Assembly (NCBI RefSeq): GCF_028641065.1
Contig: NC_073378.1
Coordinates: 76,508,001-76,572,000, forward strand
Direction of reading: 5' to 3'
Length of the DNA: 64,000 nucleotides
Origin: Leucoraja erinacea
Taxonomy: Eukaryota
Under the pieces are notes generated by a model. It had not been told where the DNA came from. It saw nothing but the letters and a program-made list of their open reading frames with translations, and made no database searches. Below are positions 61,990 through 64,000 of this stretch, one piece after another. A program made the translations under genes and the position numbers. The first letter of the stretch is position 1. The number at the start of each line of letters is the position of its first letter.

Positions 61990-62115
61990 TTAGGAGTTAT
62001 GGGAAGTGGGGAGAAGGCAGGAGAATGGGGTTAAGGGGGAAAGATATATCAGCCATGATTGAATGGTGGAGTAAACTTGATGGGCCGAATAGCCTAATTC
62101 TGCTCCTATCACATG
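61990..62115 (+). mobile_element. CR1 3' fragment
   Basis: ggagaaggcaggagaatgggg...cagccatgattgaatgg...gggccgaatagcctaattctgctcct. Confidence 0.78.
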
Positions 62116-62389
62116 GTGTGGCTGACAGACCAAAGGCAATGTATCCAAGTGTGCTGACAACAGGAAACTAAGTGAAAGAGGAGGTACAGAGGCTTCAAAA
62201 GGATACAGACAAGTTGAGTGAGTGGGTAGTACAGATGAGACATCAGTAGGAAAAAATATATAAGTGCTGTGTATTGTTTAATGGAAGCAGACACTGGTGT
62301 TTAAAGAGATCATAAGACATAGGAGCAGAATTAGGCCATTCGGGCCATTGAGTCTGCTCTATCAATGATTTGGCTGTCCTAGGTGACTG

Positions 62390-63220
62390 CTCACTGAAAA
62401 CTAACATGCAGGTGAGGCAGGCAGCTAGGAAGCCTAGTTAAATGTTAGCCTTTATTGTGAGAGTTGTATTATAAGAGTAAAGTTATTTTACTCCAACTAT
62501 CTAAGGCTGTGGTGAAATCTCACCCTAGTTATTTCTTCTTCACCCCGTTCCCGAAGGGCAGAAGATACAGAAACTTGAAGGCTTGTACCACCAGACTCAG
62601 AAACAGCTTCTTCCCCTTTGTTATCAGACTTCTCAATGGTCCTAGCATAAGCTAGGGTTGAGTCCAAATTTTTCAATCCAGTTCATCAAAAGGCATTGGA
62701 CTTTATCCATACAACTTATACAGCTACAATGCTGAGAAACTATATTCTGCACTTTCTTTCTTGTCATTCAAACTTTTGTACTACTGTTTGGGTTGGTTGT
62801 ATTCATGTATAGTATTATCTGATTTGATTGGACAGCACACAAATGAAAGTTTATTGCTGTTCCTCGTTACACTCAATAATAATAACAATAATAGCAACAA
62901 AAAAAAACCTAAATGTTGATATTTTCATCTAGAAAAATAATGGATGTTATTGGGAAAGTGCAATGAAGATTCACCAGACCGGATCCTGACATGGCGGGTT
63001 TATAGTAAGAGAGGAGATGGAGTGAGCTAATCTTCTAACTTTCAGTATTTAGAAGGAGAAGTGACCTCATTGAAACATACAACATTTTTTAAGGGTTATT
63101 AGGATGAATATGGGGAAATGATTTTCCTGAGAAGTTTAGAAATAGGGGTGACTGTCTCAGAATGAGGGGTAGGCCATTTAAGACTGAAATAAGGACAACT
63201 TTTAAGCAATGTTTATCTCA
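62390..63220 (+). mobile_element. Decayed CR1 RT fragment interrupted by a Rex1 3' fragment (~62525-62900)
   Basis: YKSKVILLQLSKAVVKSH (CR1-like), then GRRYRNLKACTTRLRNSFFPFVIRLLN (Rex1 C-terminus), then CR1-like agtgcaatgaagattcaccag...gacctcattgaaacatac. Confidence 0.65.
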
Positions 63221-63245
63221 CAGCATTTTCTGAGGAGTTGTGAAT

Positions 63246-63535
63246 AGGGGTGGCACAGTGATGCAGCAGTAGAGTTGCTGCCTTACAGTGCTGGAGACCG
63301 GGTTTGATCTACGGGTGCTGTCTGTGTGGAGTTTGTATACATTCTCCCTGTGACCATGCGGGTTTTCTTCAGGTTACCCACATTCCAAAGAGATGCAGGT
63401 TTGTAGGTTAATTGGCCTCTGTAAATTGTCACTAGTGTATAGAATAGAACTAGTGTGCAGATGATTGTGTTTGGCATAGAATTACTGGGCCAAAGGGCCT
63501 GTTTCCACACTGTATCTCTGAACTAAACTAAACTA
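63246..63535 (+). mobile_element. Full-length V-SINE
   Basis: ggggtggcacagtgatgcagcagtagagttgctgccttacag...gggcctgtttccacactgtatctctgaactaaactaaac. Confidence 0.85.
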
Positions 63536-63724
63536 AGCTAAGGTGAACGTTATGTGATCATGCTGATGCATGGAAAATAACCGATGACGCAGCTGAAAAT
63601 GCGTGGGCCAATGCAATTGTATCAAAAATGTTTAAACATGCAGAGAATGAAATAAAAAAATGTCTCAACACTGGAAAATAAAGGAAACCTATATGTGTCC
63701 CATGAATCTCTCCTTGGTATCAAC

Positions 63725-63993
63725 ACAGAAAATGCTGGAAGAACTCAGCTGGTCAGGCCGCTATTGTGGAAAGAGAAGCAGTTAATATTTTAGGTGTGGG
63801 TCTCTTCCAGAATGGTCAATAAGTTGGGGTTCTGCCCAAGCATCTCAGACCTGAAATGTTGACTCTGCCAGACCTGCCAGTGTTGCCAGCACCATAGATA
63901 GACTCAAAATGCTGGAGTAACTCATTGGGTCAGGCAGCATCTCTGGAGAGAAGGAATGGGTGGTGTTTCGGGTCGAGACTCTGCTTTAGACTG
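63725..63993. mobile_element. Penelope-like terminal fragments
   Basis: aaaatgctggagtaactcattgggtcaggcagcatctctggagagaaggaatggg...tttcgggtcgagac. Confidence 0.6.
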
Positions 63994-64000
63994 GGAGTCC

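Overview
Eukaryotic, repeat-rich genomic DNA, most likely from a cartilaginous fish (skate/ray). This is inferred from V-SINE/HE1-type SINEs, CR1 and Rex1/Babar LINE ends, Penelope-like fragments and a 100-N scaffold gap. I find no intact protein-coding gene; the long ORFs in the track come from minisatellites, GC-rich transposon interiors or a LINE fragment. Bases 1-54439 are a tandem array of a roughly 13-17 kb unit: U1 <1-12850, U2 12851-21940 (ends at the gap), U3 22041-37245 and U4 37246-54439, alternating between two subtypes. A complete unit holds, in order: a leftward-facing solo LTR, a Tigger4-like MITE carrying a tRNA-Met-like sequence and a 123-nt palindrome, decayed exons, a 17-18 bp minisatellite whose main variants all keep a MYB-type YAACNG core, a decayed Tigger transposase, an array of alternating A/B ~0.8 kb monomers that look like decayed coding sequence, and a V-SINE. 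U1+U2 and U3+U4 may be the two haplotypes of one locus placed on either side of the gap. Bases 54440-64000 are ordinary intergenic or intronic DNA full of old TE fragments. My best speculative reading is an LTR- and MYB-driven germline non-coding (piRNA-cluster-like) macrosatellite; sequence alone cannot confirm this.
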